From NCBI GenBank assembly GCA_017523725.1, contig JAFWVY010000010.1:7367-71366 (forward strand): a DNA stretch of 64,000 nt, in the 5' to 3' direction. Source of the DNA: Bacteroidales bacterium (GTDB lineage: Bacteria; Bacteroidota; Bacteroidia; Bacteroidales; UBA4181). Positions 7,774-17,608 of this stretch are shown piece after piece. The notes below the pieces were generated by a model that had not been told where the DNA came from, searched no databases, and worked only from the letters and a program-made list of their open reading frames with translations. A program made the translations under genes and the position numbers. Every line of letters begins with the position of its first letter. Position 1 is the stretch's first letter.

Positions 7774-9246
7774 ATGGCTAAAGTATTGACTCCCCGCGCA
7801 GAGAATTATTCGCAATGGTACAACGACCTGGTCGTGAAGGCGGACCTTGCGGAGACTTCGGCGGTGAGGGGATGCATGGTGATAAAACCTTATGGTTATG
7901 CCATCTGGGAGACGATGCATGACGTGCTGGACCGGATGTTCAAGCAGACCGGGCACCAGAACGCCTATTTCCCCCTGTTTATCCCGAAAAGTTTCTTCAG
8001 CCGCGAGGCGCATCATGTGGAGGGTTTCGCCAAGGAATGCGCCGTGGTGACCCATTACCGCCTCAAAAACGACCCGGAGGGGAAAGGCGTGATCGTCGAT
8101 CCCGAGGCCAAACTGGAGGAAGAACTGATTGTGCGTCCGACGTCTGAAACGATAATCTGGAATACTTACCGGAACTGGATACATTCTTACCGCGATCTGC
8201 CTATTCTGGTGAACCAGTGGGCGAACGTGGTGCGCTGGGAGATGCGCACACGGCTTTTCCTGCGCACGGCGGAATTCCTGTGGCAGGAGGGGCATACCGC
8301 GCACGCCACGGCAGAAGAGGCCATGGAGGAAATGAACAGGATGATAGGCGTGTATGCCGATTTTGTCGAGAATTACATGGCCGTGCCGGTCATCAAGGGT
8401 TACAAGACGGACAAGGAACGTTTCGCCGGTGCGGTGGAGACCATGTCCATCGAAGCCATGATGCAGGACGGCAAGGCGCTGCAGGCCGGGACCTCCCATT
8501 TCCTGGGACAGAATTTCGCCAAGGCGTTCGATGTGAAGTTCGCCAACCGGGAAGGGGCGCTGGAATATGTCTGGGCGACTTCCTGGGGCGTGTCTACCCG
8601 GCTCATGGGGGCGCTGATCATGGCTCATTCGGATGACAACGGGCTGGTGCTGCCGCCGCGGCTGGCACCGATCCATGTGGTGATGGTGCCGATATACCAG
8701 CAGGCGGCGCAGATTCCCGGCTTGGTGGCGGCATTGCAGGCGCTCAAGGTCAAGCTGGAAAACCGTGGTCTGCGCGTGAAACTGGACGACCGCGATACGG
8801 TCAAGCCGGGATTCAAGTTCGCAGAGCACGAACTGAAAGGTATTCCGGTACGCGTGGCGCTGGGACCGAGGGACCTGGCGGCCGGCACCGTGGAAATCGC
8901 ACGCCGTGACACCCTGGAGAAACAGGTGGTGGACATGCAGGCGGCAGAGCAGGTCATCGTGGACCTGATGGAGGAGATTCAGCGGAATATCTTCGTCAAG
9001 GCCAAGGCTTTCAGAACGGCACATACGGTGAATGCGGACACTTACGACGAATTCAAGGCGGCGCTGGACGGGGGCAACTTCGTCATGGCGCACTGGGACG
9101 GCACTTCGGAAACCGAGGAACTGATCAAGGACGAGACCAAGGCGACCATCCGTTGTATCCCATGCGATGCGCCGGAAGAACAGGGCCGCTGCATCCGTAC
9201 GGGACGGCCGTCTGCACGACGGGTGCTGTTTGCCCGGGCCTATTAA
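7774..9246 (+). CDS. proS: Proline--tRNA ligase (archaeal/eukaryote-like class II type, as usual in Bacteroidota)
   Basis: [46 protein letters not shown]...; 490 aa ending ...VLFARAY. Confidence 0.97.
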   Translation: MAKVLTPRAENYSQWYNDLVVKADLAETSAVRGCMVIKPYGYAIWETMHDVLDRMFKQTGHQNAYFPLFIPKSFFSREAHHVEGFAKECAVVTHYRLKNDPEGKGVIVDPEAKLEEELIVRPTSETIIWNTYRNWIHSYRDLPILVNQWANVVRWEMRTRLFLRTAEFLWQEGHTAHATAEEAMEEMNRMIGVYADFVENYMAVPVIKGYKTDKERFAGAVETMSIEAMMQDGKALQAGTSHFLGQNFAKAFDVKFANREGALEYVWATSWGVSTRLMGALIMAHSDDNGLVLPPRLAPIHVVMVPIYQQAAQIPGLVAALQALKVKLENRGLRVKLDDRDTVKPGFKFAEHELKGIPVRVALGPRDLAAGTVEIARRDTLEKQVVDMQAAEQVIVDLMEEIQRNIFVKAKAFRTAHTVNADTYDEFKAALDGGNFVMAHWDGTSETEELIKDETKATIRCIPCDAPEEQGRCIRTGRPSARRVLFARAY

Positions 9247-9258
9247 GCACAGCCTGTG

Positions 9259-10074
9259 ATGACAAGCGTCGACAGCCCGCTCGTGATGGGCATTCTCAAT
9301 GTGACGCCGGATTCTTTTTTCGACGGCGGGGCGTATGACGGCGAGCGTGCCGTGGCAACCCGGTGTGAGAACATCCTGTCGGAAGGCGGCGCATGGATAG
9401 ATGTCGGCGGTGTTTCGACGCGTCCCGGGGCTTCGGAGGTTCCGGCCGAAGAGGAATGGCGCCGGGTGTCGGCGGCGCTCCGGACGCTGCGGCGTCATTT
9501 TCCGGATGCCCGGGTTTCGGTCGATACGTTCCGTGCTGAGATTGCCAGACGGGCGGTGTCGGAGTTCGGCATTCAGATGGTCAACGATATTTCCGGCGGG
9601 ACGGACGCAGATATGTTCTCCACGGTGGCGGAACTGGGGGTGGCGTATGTGTTGTCGCACCATCCTGCGGCAGAATCAGGCATGGCCGGTCTGCCGGAAC
9701 CGGTCGTGGAACGGGAGAAATTTTTCTTTGCGCGTCTGGTACCGCGGCTTATGGCATGCGGTGTCCGGGATATATGGATCGATCCGGGTATCGGGTTCGG
9801 GAAAACGTTGGAAGAGAACTTCGCGTTGGTCGCCCACTTGGACGAATTGTCGGAAGATGGTCGGCCTCTGTTGGTGGGCGTATCCAGAAAATCCATGATA
9901 TACAGGCTTCTGGATACGGATCCGGACGGGGCTTTGGCCGGTACGCTGGCCGTTGAGACCCTGGCGCTTCTGCACGGTGCCCGGATGCTGCGCGCACACG
10001 ATGTCCGTGCAGCATCCGACTGTGTCCGCATCGTCGGGAAGTTTTTGTCGTGCCGTCAAAAAGAATGTCTATGA
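9259..10074 (+). CDS. folP: Dihydropteroate synthase
   Basis: Pterin-binding motifs LVMGILNVTPDSFFDGG and IDVGGVSTRPG...VSVDT...WIDPGIGFGKT. The track start 9256 is GTG; ATG at 9259 is more likely. Confidence 0.93.
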   Translation: MTSVDSPLVMGILNVTPDSFFDGGAYDGERAVATRCENILSEGGAWIDVGGVSTRPGASEVPAEEEWRRVSAALRTLRRHFPDARVSVDTFRAEIARRAVSEFGIQMVNDISGGTDADMFSTVAELGVAYVLSHHPAAESGMAGLPEPVVEREKFFFARLVPRLMACGVRDIWIDPGIGFGKTLEENFALVAHLDELSEDGRPLLVGVSRKSMIYRLLDTDPDGALAGTLAVETLALLHGARMLRAHDVRAASDCVRIVGKFLSCRQKECL

Positions 10075-10853
10075 TAACAGCCTTTGTAACCCTGCATGTA
10101 GCCGATGTCGTGGATATCCTGCTTGTAGCCTATCTGCTCTACAAGTTGTATATGCTGTTCAAGGGCACGTTGGCATCCAACATCATGATGGCCATTTTTT
10201 TCATGTTTGTGTTTTGGATGGTGGTCCGGGCTCTGAGGATGGATCTTATGGCGGGCATCATGAAACAGGTTTTCAGCGTAGGACTGGTGGCCATCGTGGT
10301 GGTGTTCCAGCCGGAAATCCGCCGGGCACTGTCCCGTTTGGGAGCGCAGGGGCTGAGTCGGGGGCGTTCGATACAGGAGTGGCTGTTCCCGTCTGCAGAG
10401 TCGGCTTCAGCCGCGGTCGATGCCATTGTGGAAGCCTGTTCGCGGATGAGTGCCGCGCGCCAAGGCGCGTTGATTGTGATACCCGGCTCGGATGACCTCA
10501 GCCAGTACGAGGAAACCGGCGACAGGATCGATGCGTTGCTGACCCCTCGGCTGATTGAAAATATATTCTTCAAAAACAGTCCTTTACATGATGGAGCCGT
10601 CATCATTTCAAAGAATAGAATCTCATCGGCGCGCTGTGTATTGCCCGTGTCGGATTCGCTGTACCTGTCCCCGCAGTATGGCTTGCGTCACCGGGCGGGA
10701 CTGGGTCTGACGGAGGTGACGGACGCGAAGGTCATCATTGTCTCGGAGGAAACTGGAGACATGGCACTGGCCGAGCGTGGCATGCTGTATGAACGGCTGA
10801 CGGCGCAGACACTGAAAGACAGATTGTCGGCCTCTGCGAAGAAGTCTGCGTAA
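10071..10853 (+). CDS. cdaA: Diadenylate cyclase CdaA (c-di-AMP synthase), three N-terminal TM helices plus a DAC domain
   Basis: DAC motifs LHDGAVII and GLRHRAGLG. ATG 10071 overlaps the folP TGA (ATGA), and I prefer it to the track start 10050. Confidence 0.9.
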   Translation: MITAFVTLHVADVVDILLVAYLLYKLYMLFKGTLASNIMMAIFFMFVFWMVVRALRMDLMAGIMKQVFSVGLVAIVVVFQPEIRRALSRLGAQGLSRGRSIQEWLFPSAESASAAVDAIVEACSRMSAARQGALIVIPGSDDLSQYEETGDRIDALLTPRLIENIFFKNSPLHDGAVIISKNRISSARCVLPVSDSLYLSPQYGLRHRAGLGLTEVTDAKVIIVSEETGDMALAERGMLYERLTAQTLKDRLSASAKKSA

Positions 10854-10854
10854 G

Positions 10855-12846
10855 TTATTCGGGGCGCTCCTGTCCCGTTTCCTGGACAAGATAGTAGTCG
10901 TCCGTATAGCGGACCATCCGCAGGGCGCGGTTGACAAAGCCGTCACCGTCGCCGGTGCGTTCGAAGAATACGTCCGACTGGAGCATCCGTGAGGCTTCCT
11001 GCGGAAGGGCGGATGCGAAGTCTTTGCCGTATTTCCGGAGAAGGGGAACGAAGTACGTGGCGATGTCGTATCCCAGGAAGGCGTAATTGTAACCTTTGCT
11101 GAGCATTTCGAACGGTTCTGTGCGGAACAGGTCGCGGTAGCTGTGCAGGAATTCCTGCGTTTTGTTCTGGTTACGGTCGATGAAGAACGGAGCCGTATAG
11201 CGGAACTGCAGCGTGTGGGAATAATCCAGGTCGATGTTGACATAGTGGATCCACGATTCCGGGCCGCAGAGAAGGATATCGCGTCCCTGCGAGGCTACGT
11301 TGAGCTGCGACATGAGATTGGATGCGAACAGTTCATCGGACGACGGGGTAACGAAAATGTAACGGCGTTCACCCGCGAAATAGCCGGCCGGGAAAATGGC
11401 GCGGCGCTCGGCCGGGACGGCGAGCGTGAGGGTGCCCGGGCATTGCTCCTGTAACTGCTGCAGGAAGGAGAAGTCGGCCGTGGACATGCTTTCGGCCGTG
11501 TTGCGCACGAAAACGATCTGCGCATCCTGCTGTCGTTTCAGGTAGTCCAGCATCAGTGCCTGCGTTGAACGGCTGTCGGGGAAAAACTGGAGCATGTACG
11601 GGTTGTTCCTGAGCAGACTGGTGTTTTCGGTGAGCGGAGATACGAAGCAGGTCTGCGTGTTGCGTGCAAAGGCATTCATCCGGCCGAGCATATCCGAGTA
11701 GAACGGTCCGATGAACAAGTCCATCTGTTGCATTTCGGGACGTCTCAGAATGTCGTCGAGGCGGTTGACATCGCGGCCGGTGTCGAAGGTGTGCAGTTCG
11801 ATTTCGTATCCCTGTTGCCGCAGGTCGTACATGGCGGTGAGGAATCCCTGGTAGAATTCCAGGAAATTGAGCGACCGGTCGTACAGTTGCGGCGTCTGTG
11901 CGGCGAGCTCTTCCGGAGAGGATTCGAGGAACGTGTTCTCTTCGAGGAATAGCGGGATGAGTAGTGCAATGCGGAGGGTTCTCCGGTCGAAAAGACTCCG
12001 GAACGTTGAACGGAAGTCCGTTCCCGCCGTGTTGAACGAGATGTTGTCGAAGGAGGCAATGCCGGTATCGGTGCCGGGTTCCGTCAGGGTGTCCTTCCGG
12101 ACGACGACCGTGTCGGTCTGCCGGAATACGAGCGGCAGGGCGATGGGGTTGGCCTCAGACGGGATGCGGAGGCTCTGTCCTGTCTGGATGCGCAGCGTCC
12201 GGCTGTCGATGTCTGGATTGGCTTCGAGGATGTCATTGACGGAAACGCCGTATTTCCGGCTGATGGCGTAAAGGGTCTCGGACGCTTCGACCCGGTGGAT
12301 GACCGTCCCGCTGCCGGGGGCTGCCAGGTCTTCCGTACCTGCTCCTCCTTTCGGAATGACGATGACCTGACCCGGGTCGATGGGGGCGTATTGCAGTTCT
12401 GGATTAAACTTGTACAGGGTGTCCAGAGAAACGCCGTACTGCCGGGAGATGTCCTCTTTCTGCTGTCCTTCTTTGGCAACGTAGAAAACAAAGCGGTCCG
12501 ACTCCAATCCTTTTCCTTCGTAGGTCTCTTTTTCGCCGGGAGCTGGGATCCGGAGTTCCTCTCCAATCCGGATGCCGGTGAAGGCGTTGGGATTGGCGGC
12601 TACGATGTCCTTCTGCAGGACACCATAGGCGTTGGCGATGGAGAAAAGGGTCTCGCCTTTCTTGACGGTGTGCAGGTAGTAGGTTTGTCCGTCAATGACT
12701 TGCTTCTTTTTCGATACGGTGACCTTTACGGGGGAGTTCTGGGCATAGATGCAGTACGAAGCCATAGGTTGGAGTATCATGACTGTAAAGATCAGTGCGA
12801 TACAGACCAACCTGAGGCGTCCGCTGTGGAGTTCGGTACGGTTCAT
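10855..12846 (-). CDS. Signal-anchored protein with three LysM peptidoglycan-binding repeats and a type-1 periplasmic-binding-protein-like domain
   Basis: Three LysM units (VKKGETLFSIANAYGV...LRIP, YVAKEGQQKEDISRQYGV...VIVIP, HRVEASETLYAISRKYGV...LRIP), then an alpha/beta region about 400 aa long. Start trimmed to ATG 12846 (MNRTELHSGRLRLVCIALIF...). Confidence 0.8.
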   Translation of the reverse strand: MNRTELHSGRLRLVCIALIFTVMILQPMASYCIYAQNSPVKVTVSKKKQVIDGQTYYLHTVKKGETLFSIANAYGVLQKDIVAANPNAFTGIRIGEELRIPAPGEKETYEGKGLESDRFVFYVAKEGQQKEDISRQYGVSLDTLYKFNPELQYAPIDPGQVIVIPKGGAGTEDLAAPGSGTVIHRVEASETLYAISRKYGVSVNDILEANPDIDSRTLRIQTGQSLRIPSEANPIALPLVFRQTDTVVVRKDTLTEPGTDTGIASFDNISFNTAGTDFRSTFRSLFDRRTLRIALLIPLFLEENTFLESSPEELAAQTPQLYDRSLNFLEFYQGFLTAMYDLRQQGYEIELHTFDTGRDVNRLDDILRRPEMQQMDLFIGPFYSDMLGRMNAFARNTQTCFVSPLTENTSLLRNNPYMLQFFPDSRSTQALMLDYLKRQQDAQIVFVRNTAESMSTADFSFLQQLQEQCPGTLTLAVPAERRAIFPAGYFAGERRYIFVTPSSDELFASNLMSQLNVASQGRDILLCGPESWIHYVNIDLDYSHTLQFRYTAPFFIDRNQNKTQEFLHSYRDLFRTEPFEMLSKGYNYAFLGYDIATYFVPLLRKYGKDFASALPQEASRMLQSDVFFERTGDGDGFVNRALRMVRYTDDYYLVQETGQERPE

Positions 12847-12973
12847 GGTGTTATGGTTTCGCGAACGGTTGCCCGGTGCTGCACCGTGCAGTTTCCGGCC
12901 GGCCGTCATCCCGCCGGTATTCGGACCGGCGGGACTTCTGCTTTGCAAATATTGTTCCGCTTTTCATCGGAGA

Positions 12974-14638
12974 TTACAGGCTCTCCGTAAAGGCTCCCAG
13001 TTTGAGGTAGGCCTGGTAGAGCGGTTTGTACTTCTCGACGTTCTCGGGAATGGGCTGGAATTCCTGTTCGAAGCCTTGTCCCATGGTTTTCTGCGCGGCG
13101 GCGACGTCGGGATAGACCCCCGCCACGACGGCGGCGAACATGGCGGCCCCGAAGGCGCAGGCCTGCTCGCTGCGGGCCACTTTGATCGGCATGTTCAATA
13201 CGTCGGCCAGGGTCTGCATGACGAACGGCGATTTCTTGGATATACCGCCGATGCCGATGATGGCATCGATTTTCACGCCTTCGCTGATGAAACGGTCCAC
13301 GATGGCCTTCGACCCGAAGGCGGTGGCTTCGACCAGCGCCCGGAAAATCATCGGAGCCGAGCTGCCCAGCGTAAGCCCCATGATGGAGCCTTCGAGCAAT
13401 TGGTTGGCATCGGGTGTCCGACGTCCGTTCATCCAGTCGGTGGCGACGATGTGCGTGCTTCCGATCGGGATTTTCTCCGCTTCGGACGTCAGTGCGGGAA
13501 TGATACGGTCGGCGGCTTCCCGGATGACCTGCTCCTTCTGGGCGTCCGTCAGGGTCGTCGCCTTGCCGATGAGGTTCTTCAGCGGCCATTCCATAACCCG
13601 GCGGAACCAGGCATAGATGTCGCCGAACCCGGATTGTCCGGCTTCCAGTCCGATCATGCCCGGAATGACGGAACCGTCCACCTGTCCGCAGATGCCGCGG
13701 ATGAGTTTTCCGGAGATTTCGTTATAGGAGGAGATGAGGATATCGCAGGTGGAAGTGCCGATGACGCGGACCAGTGTATTCGGTACAATCTCAGCTCCGA
13801 CGGCGCCCATGTGGCAGTCGAAGGCACCGACGCCGACGGCGACCTGGGTGGTGAGTCCCAGCCGTCCGGCCCATTCCGGTGTCAGGAAACCGGCCCGGAA
13901 ATCGCTGGTGTAGGTACGGGTGTACAGCCGTTCGCGGAAGCCTTTGAGCAGCGGGTCGAGCGCAACGAGGAATTTTTCGTCGGGCAGTCCGCCCCACTGT
14001 TCGAGCCACATGGCTTTGTGTCCGGAGGCGCAGCGGCTGCGGTAGAGATTCTCCGGCCGGGTGTTGCCGGTCAGGATGGCGGGCAGCCAGTCGCAGTGTT
14101 CCACCCAGGAATAGGCCTTGGCACGGACTTCCGCATCTTCGCGCAGTACGTGGAGGACCTTGGCCCAGACCCATTCGGAGGAATAGATGCCGCCTTCGTA
14201 GGCGGTGTAGTCTGTATCCCATTTCTTCGCCAGGGCGTTGATCTCGGCGGCCTCGCGGATGGCGGTGTGGTCTTTCCAAAGAACGAACATGGCGTTGGGA
14301 TTCTCTGCGAATTCGGGCAACAATGCCAGTGGCGTGCCGTTTTCGTCTGTGAAGACGGGGGTGCTGCCGGTGGTGTCGAAGGAGATGCCGACCACGTTCG
14401 CCGCCACGTCGGGCGGACATTGTTTCAGGGCTTCACGGACGGTGTATACCAATCCTTCGATGTAATCCAGCGGATGCTGGCGGTACTGGTTAGCTGCCGG
14501 ATTGCAGTATTTTCCGGCTTTCCAGCGCGGATATTCGAAGACGGCTGTAGCCAGTTGCTCGCCGGTTGCGGCGTTGACGATGATGGAACGCACGGAATCT
14601 GATCCGTAGTCGAGTCCGATGCAATATTTGTTGTTCAT
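12974..14638 (-). CDS. araB: L-ribulokinase
   Basis: MNNKYCIGLDYGSDSVRSIIVNAATGEQLATAVFEYPRWKAGKYCNPAANQYRQHPLDYIE is collinear with enterobacterial AraB. FGGY kinase C-terminal motifs are present. Confidence 0.93.
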   Translation of the reverse strand: MNNKYCIGLDYGSDSVRSIIVNAATGEQLATAVFEYPRWKAGKYCNPAANQYRQHPLDYIEGLVYTVREALKQCPPDVAANVVGISFDTTGSTPVFTDENGTPLALLPEFAENPNAMFVLWKDHTAIREAAEINALAKKWDTDYTAYEGGIYSSEWVWAKVLHVLREDAEVRAKAYSWVEHCDWLPAILTGNTRPENLYRSRCASGHKAMWLEQWGGLPDEKFLVALDPLLKGFRERLYTRTYTSDFRAGFLTPEWAGRLGLTTQVAVGVGAFDCHMGAVGAEIVPNTLVRVIGTSTCDILISSYNEISGKLIRGICGQVDGSVIPGMIGLEAGQSGFGDIYAWFRRVMEWPLKNLIGKATTLTDAQKEQVIREAADRIIPALTSEAEKIPIGSTHIVATDWMNGRRTPDANQLLEGSIMGLTLGSSAPMIFRALVEATAFGSKAIVDRFISEGVKIDAIIGIGGISKKSPFVMQTLADVLNMPIKVARSEQACAFGAAMFAAVVAGVYPDVAAAQKTMGQGFEQEFQPIPENVEKYKPLYQAYLKLGAFTESL

Positions 14639-14647
14639 GGGGATGTT

Positions 14648-15334
14648 TTATTTTTGTCCGTAATAGGCGTTCGGCCCGTGTTTTCGCATGAAATGCTTGT
14701 CCAGGATGTCCTGCGAAAACGCCGGCCGGCTGTTGATCTGCAGGGTGTGATGGGCCATCTTGGCCACCTCCTCCATCACGACGGCGTTGTGCACCGCGTT
14801 CATGGCGTCGGTCCCCCAGGCAAACGGGCCGTGGTTGTTGACCAGCACGCCAGGCACATAGTCGGGGTTGACATCGCGGAAGGTCTCGACGATGACCTGT
14901 CCGGTCTCCCATTCGTATTGGCCCTTGATTTCTTCCCGTGTCATCGGGCGGGTGCAGGGGATGGGGCCGTAGAAATAATCGGCGTGCGTCGTTCCCAGCG
15001 CGGGGATGGCACAGCCGGACTGGGCCCACGAAGTCGCCCATTCGGAGTGTGTATGGACCACGCCGCCGATATTGGCGAAGTTGCGGTACAGGCAGATGTG
15101 GGTGGGTGTGTCGGAGGACGGTTTGTAGCGGCCTTCCACTACTTTCCCGTCAAGGTCTACCACCACCATGTCACCGGCCTGCATCGTATCGTAGTCCACG
15201 CCGCTGGGTTTGATGACCACGAGGCCTTTTTCACGGTCGATGCCGCTGACGTTGCCCCATGTGAAAATGACCAGCCCATGCCTGACTAGGGCCAGGTTGG
15301 CTTCGAAAACGGTTTGCTTCAGTGTCTCCAGCAT
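14648..15334 (-). CDS. araD: L-ribulose-5-phosphate 4-epimerase
   Basis: [48 protein letters not shown]...KPSSDTPTH matches AraD almost residue for residue. Confidence 0.95.
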   Translation of the reverse strand: MLETLKQTVFEANLALVRHGLVIFTWGNVSGIDREKGLVVIKPSGVDYDTMQAGDMVVVDLDGKVVEGRYKPSSDTPTHICLYRNFANIGGVVHTHSEWATSWAQSGCAIPALGTTHADYFYGPIPCTRPMTREEIKGQYEWETGQVIVETFRDVNPDYVPGVLVNNHGPFAWGTDAMNAVHNAVVMEEVAKMAHHTLQINSRPAFSQDILDKHFMRKHGPNAYYGQK

Positions 15335-15349
15335 AGTTCCAGTTCAGTT

Positions 15350-15385
15350 AAAAAAGGCCGACCAAACAGTTTGACCGGCCTTTTT
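15350..15385 (-). terminator. Rho-independent terminator after the SSF symporter gene
   Basis: aaaaaaGGCCGaccaaacagtttgacCGGCCttttt. The minus strand reads a hairpin followed by T6, 16 nt after the stop at 15401. Confidence 0.55.
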
Positions 15386-15400
15386 CGTTAAGGGTTGCGA

Positions 15401-17260
15401 CTACCAGAATACAGCGTACAGGGTAGCGATGATAATGACGATGCCGAGGGCACCCAGGAAGAATCCACTGTTGGTCTCGAACAGTTCGGTCTTGATTTCG
15501 TAAGCCTTGTCATCTTGCGATGTCGTGCAGGCGTTCGAGAACATGATAACCGAGATGAAGCCCAGCAGGAAGACCAGTACGAAGATGGATTCGAATCCGA
15601 GATTCAGGATGCCGCAGCCGAACAGGTTGGTTCCCCAGATCAGGCCGGCGATAAGGCAGAGACCGGACAGGACAGCGCAGATCCAACCCGCATTGCGGAA
15701 GGAGGCTTTCGTCTTGTCACTCAGCGGAGCAGCGGGAATACGGTGCGTCTTATCGGTGAAGGTCAGCAGCACGGCGCAGATAATCAGCGTGATGGCCACA
15801 TAGCCCATACGCAGGATGAACGGCAGGTCCGGAAGCAGGATCTTCATGGCGATACCGACCGGGATGGTGATGATCGTGGTCCACAATGCGGCGCGGTTGG
15901 TCGCCTTTCTCCACAGCAGACCCATGCCGAAGACCACCACGACTCCCGGATAGATGAATCCGGTGTATTCCTGGATGTACTGGAAGGCCTGGTCCAGACC
16001 GCCCAGCAGGGGCTTCGCAGCGATCATGGCGATGACCAGGGCGGTGATAGCCGTGATACGGCCGATGCTTACCAATTGCTTTTCAGAAGCTTTCGGGTTG
16101 ATGAGCTGTTTGTAGATATCCATGGTGAAGACCGTGGAGGTGCTGTTCAGCATGGAGGCCAGCGAAGAAACGATGGCGGCGACAAGCGCGGCGAATGCCA
16201 GACCGCGGATTCCCGTGGGAGCGAAGTTGCGCAGCAGCCAGGGGTATGCGTCGTCGGCGATGGAAATCTTGCCTTGGATGCCGGCCGGCAGCAGTTCGGG
16301 ATTGGAGAACATCACATAGGCGGTAATGCCCGGAATAACCACGATCAGCGGGATGAGGATCTTGAGGTATCCGGCGAAGATCAGACCTTTCTTTGCTTCC
16401 TGCAGGTTCTTGGCGGCCAGACCTTTCTGGATGATATACTGGTTGAATCCCCAGTATCCCAGATTGGTAAGCCACATGGCACCGAAGATGACGGCCAGAC
16501 CCGGAAGGTCTTTGAACAGGTCGGGTTTCACGTTCTTGTCGATAATCATGTTGAAGTGCATGTCGCCCGGGGTCTCTCTGACTTTGGCCAGAATCATCTT
16601 GAACCCTTCGATGACACCACCCTGGTCGCCGGAAATGGCGTTCAGGGCGAAGGCCGCCGTAATCAGACCACCGCCGACCAGGAACACCACCTGGATAACG
16701 TCTGTCCAGGCAACTGCTTTAAGGCCGCCGTAGATGGAATAGATACCGGCGAAGAGCAACAGGCCGATGACACCGTATGTCGTGGGAATGCCGATAATCT
16801 GCTGCATGGCCAGGGCGCCGAGCCAGGCGACCGACGTCAGATTGACGAAGATGTACACCAGCAGCCAGAAGAACGAGAAGAAAAATGCCACGCCTTTTCC
16901 GTAACGTTCACGGGTGAGTTGCGGCATCGTGAAGATGTTTCGGTCGATCATGGGGGGCAGCAGGAATTTCGCCACAAGAATCAGTGTGACGGCGGCGAGC
17001 CATTCGTAGGCCGCGATGCCCAATCCGATACGGTATCCCGAACCGGACATGCCGATAAAGTGTTCAGCTGAAATGTTGGCGGCGATAAGCGACGCGCCGA
17101 TTGCCCACCAGGCCAGCGTTCCGCCAGCAAGGAAATAATCTTTTGTGTCTTTCTCCTCACCTTTCTTGGTGCGCGAAAGCCACAGTCCCAAACCGACGAT
17201 CACCAAGGCATACAGCACAAAGATGACATAGTCGGCTGTCTGAAAACCAGCATTGTTCAT
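15401..17260 (-). CDS. Sodium:solute symporter family (SGLT-like) sugar transporter
   Basis: About 14 TM helices and SSF signatures (DYFLAGGTLAWWAIGASLIAANISAEHFIGMSG). Start trimmed to ATG 17260 (MNNAGFQTADYVIF...). Confidence 0.9.
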   Translation of the reverse strand: MNNAGFQTADYVIFVLYALVIVGLGLWLSRTKKGEEKDTKDYFLAGGTLAWWAIGASLIAANISAEHFIGMSGSGYRIGLGIAAYEWLAAVTLILVAKFLLPPMIDRNIFTMPQLTRERYGKGVAFFFSFFWLLVYIFVNLTSVAWLGALAMQQIIGIPTTYGVIGLLLFAGIYSIYGGLKAVAWTDVIQVVFLVGGGLITAAFALNAISGDQGGVIEGFKMILAKVRETPGDMHFNMIIDKNVKPDLFKDLPGLAVIFGAMWLTNLGYWGFNQYIIQKGLAAKNLQEAKKGLIFAGYLKILIPLIVVIPGITAYVMFSNPELLPAGIQGKISIADDAYPWLLRNFAPTGIRGLAFAALVAAIVSSLASMLNSTSTVFTMDIYKQLINPKASEKQLVSIGRITAITALVIAMIAAKPLLGGLDQAFQYIQEYTGFIYPGVVVVFGMGLLWRKATNRAALWTTIITIPVGIAMKILLPDLPFILRMGYVAITLIICAVLLTFTDKTHRIPAAPLSDKTKASFRNAGWICAVLSGLCLIAGLIWGTNLFGCGILNLGFESIFVLVFLLGFISVIMFSNACTTSQDDKAYEIKTELFETNSGFFLGALGIVIIIATLYAVFW

Positions 17261-17328
17261 ACTAAGATCTGTTTGGTTAATAATTGATTGTAAATGTTTT
17301 GCGAAAAATAAACCCGTTTTGGGCAAAA

Positions 17329-17336
17329 CAAAGATA
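17329..17336 (-). promoter_or_regulatory. Putative -7 box (TATCTTTG) for the SSF-araDB unit
   Basis: Plus strand caaagata, an exact TAnnTTTG on the coding strand. It ends 68 nt upstream of ATG 17260. Confidence 0.4.
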
Positions 17337-17408
17337 ACATCTTTCTCTTAAAGAGAGATGCTGCGGGCCGATTTTTTTGTATGGCTGTAATGTCTGTGCG
17401 GAGTACAG

Positions 17409-17597
17409 CTATTTGTCACCGACCGGCACGACAATCAGGGCTATGATATAGATGAGAAGCCCGGCGAGTCCGCAGAAAGTCAGAAAGACCCAGATGAGGC
17501 GGACAATGGTGACATCAATGCCGAAATATTCGGCGAATCCTGCGCAGACGCCTCCGATGACGCCTTTGCTCTTGATACGTTGAAGTTTCTTTTCCAT
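17409..17597 (-). CDS. Small PspC-domain membrane protein
   Basis: MEKKLQRIKSKGVIGGVCAGFAEYFGIDVTIVRLIWVFLTFCGLAGLLIYIIALIVVP is the PspC N-terminal domain signature. The longer track ORF (to 17792) overlaps the upstream gene and looks spurious. Confidence 0.75.
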   Translation of the reverse strand: MEKKLQRIKSKGVIGGVCAGFAEYFGIDVTIVRLIWVFLTFCGLAGLLIYIIALIVVPVGDK

Positions 17598-17608
17598 GGA
17601 GAGATTGT

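Noticed and set aside
7462-9663. 733-aa minus-strand ORF spanning proS and folP
   Set aside because: It is antisense to two unambiguous conserved genes and crosses their intergenic gap. Its composition is Arg/His/Pro/Gly-rich with no recognisable motif or signal. This is a typical stop-free antisense shadow of GC3-rich coding DNA.
12749-14602. 617-aa plus-strand ORF opposite araB. The same rejection applies to 30190..32154 opposite glnS, 46451..48415 and 45026..46330 opposite ileS, 15395..17071 opposite the SSF transporter, 2838..4265 opposite purH, 38060..39379 opposite the hydrolase and 34394..35512 opposite the DUF362 gene
   Set aside because: Each lies fully inside a strongly supported gene on the other strand and shows low-complexity, Arg/Gly/Asp/His-rich sequence with no conserved motifs.
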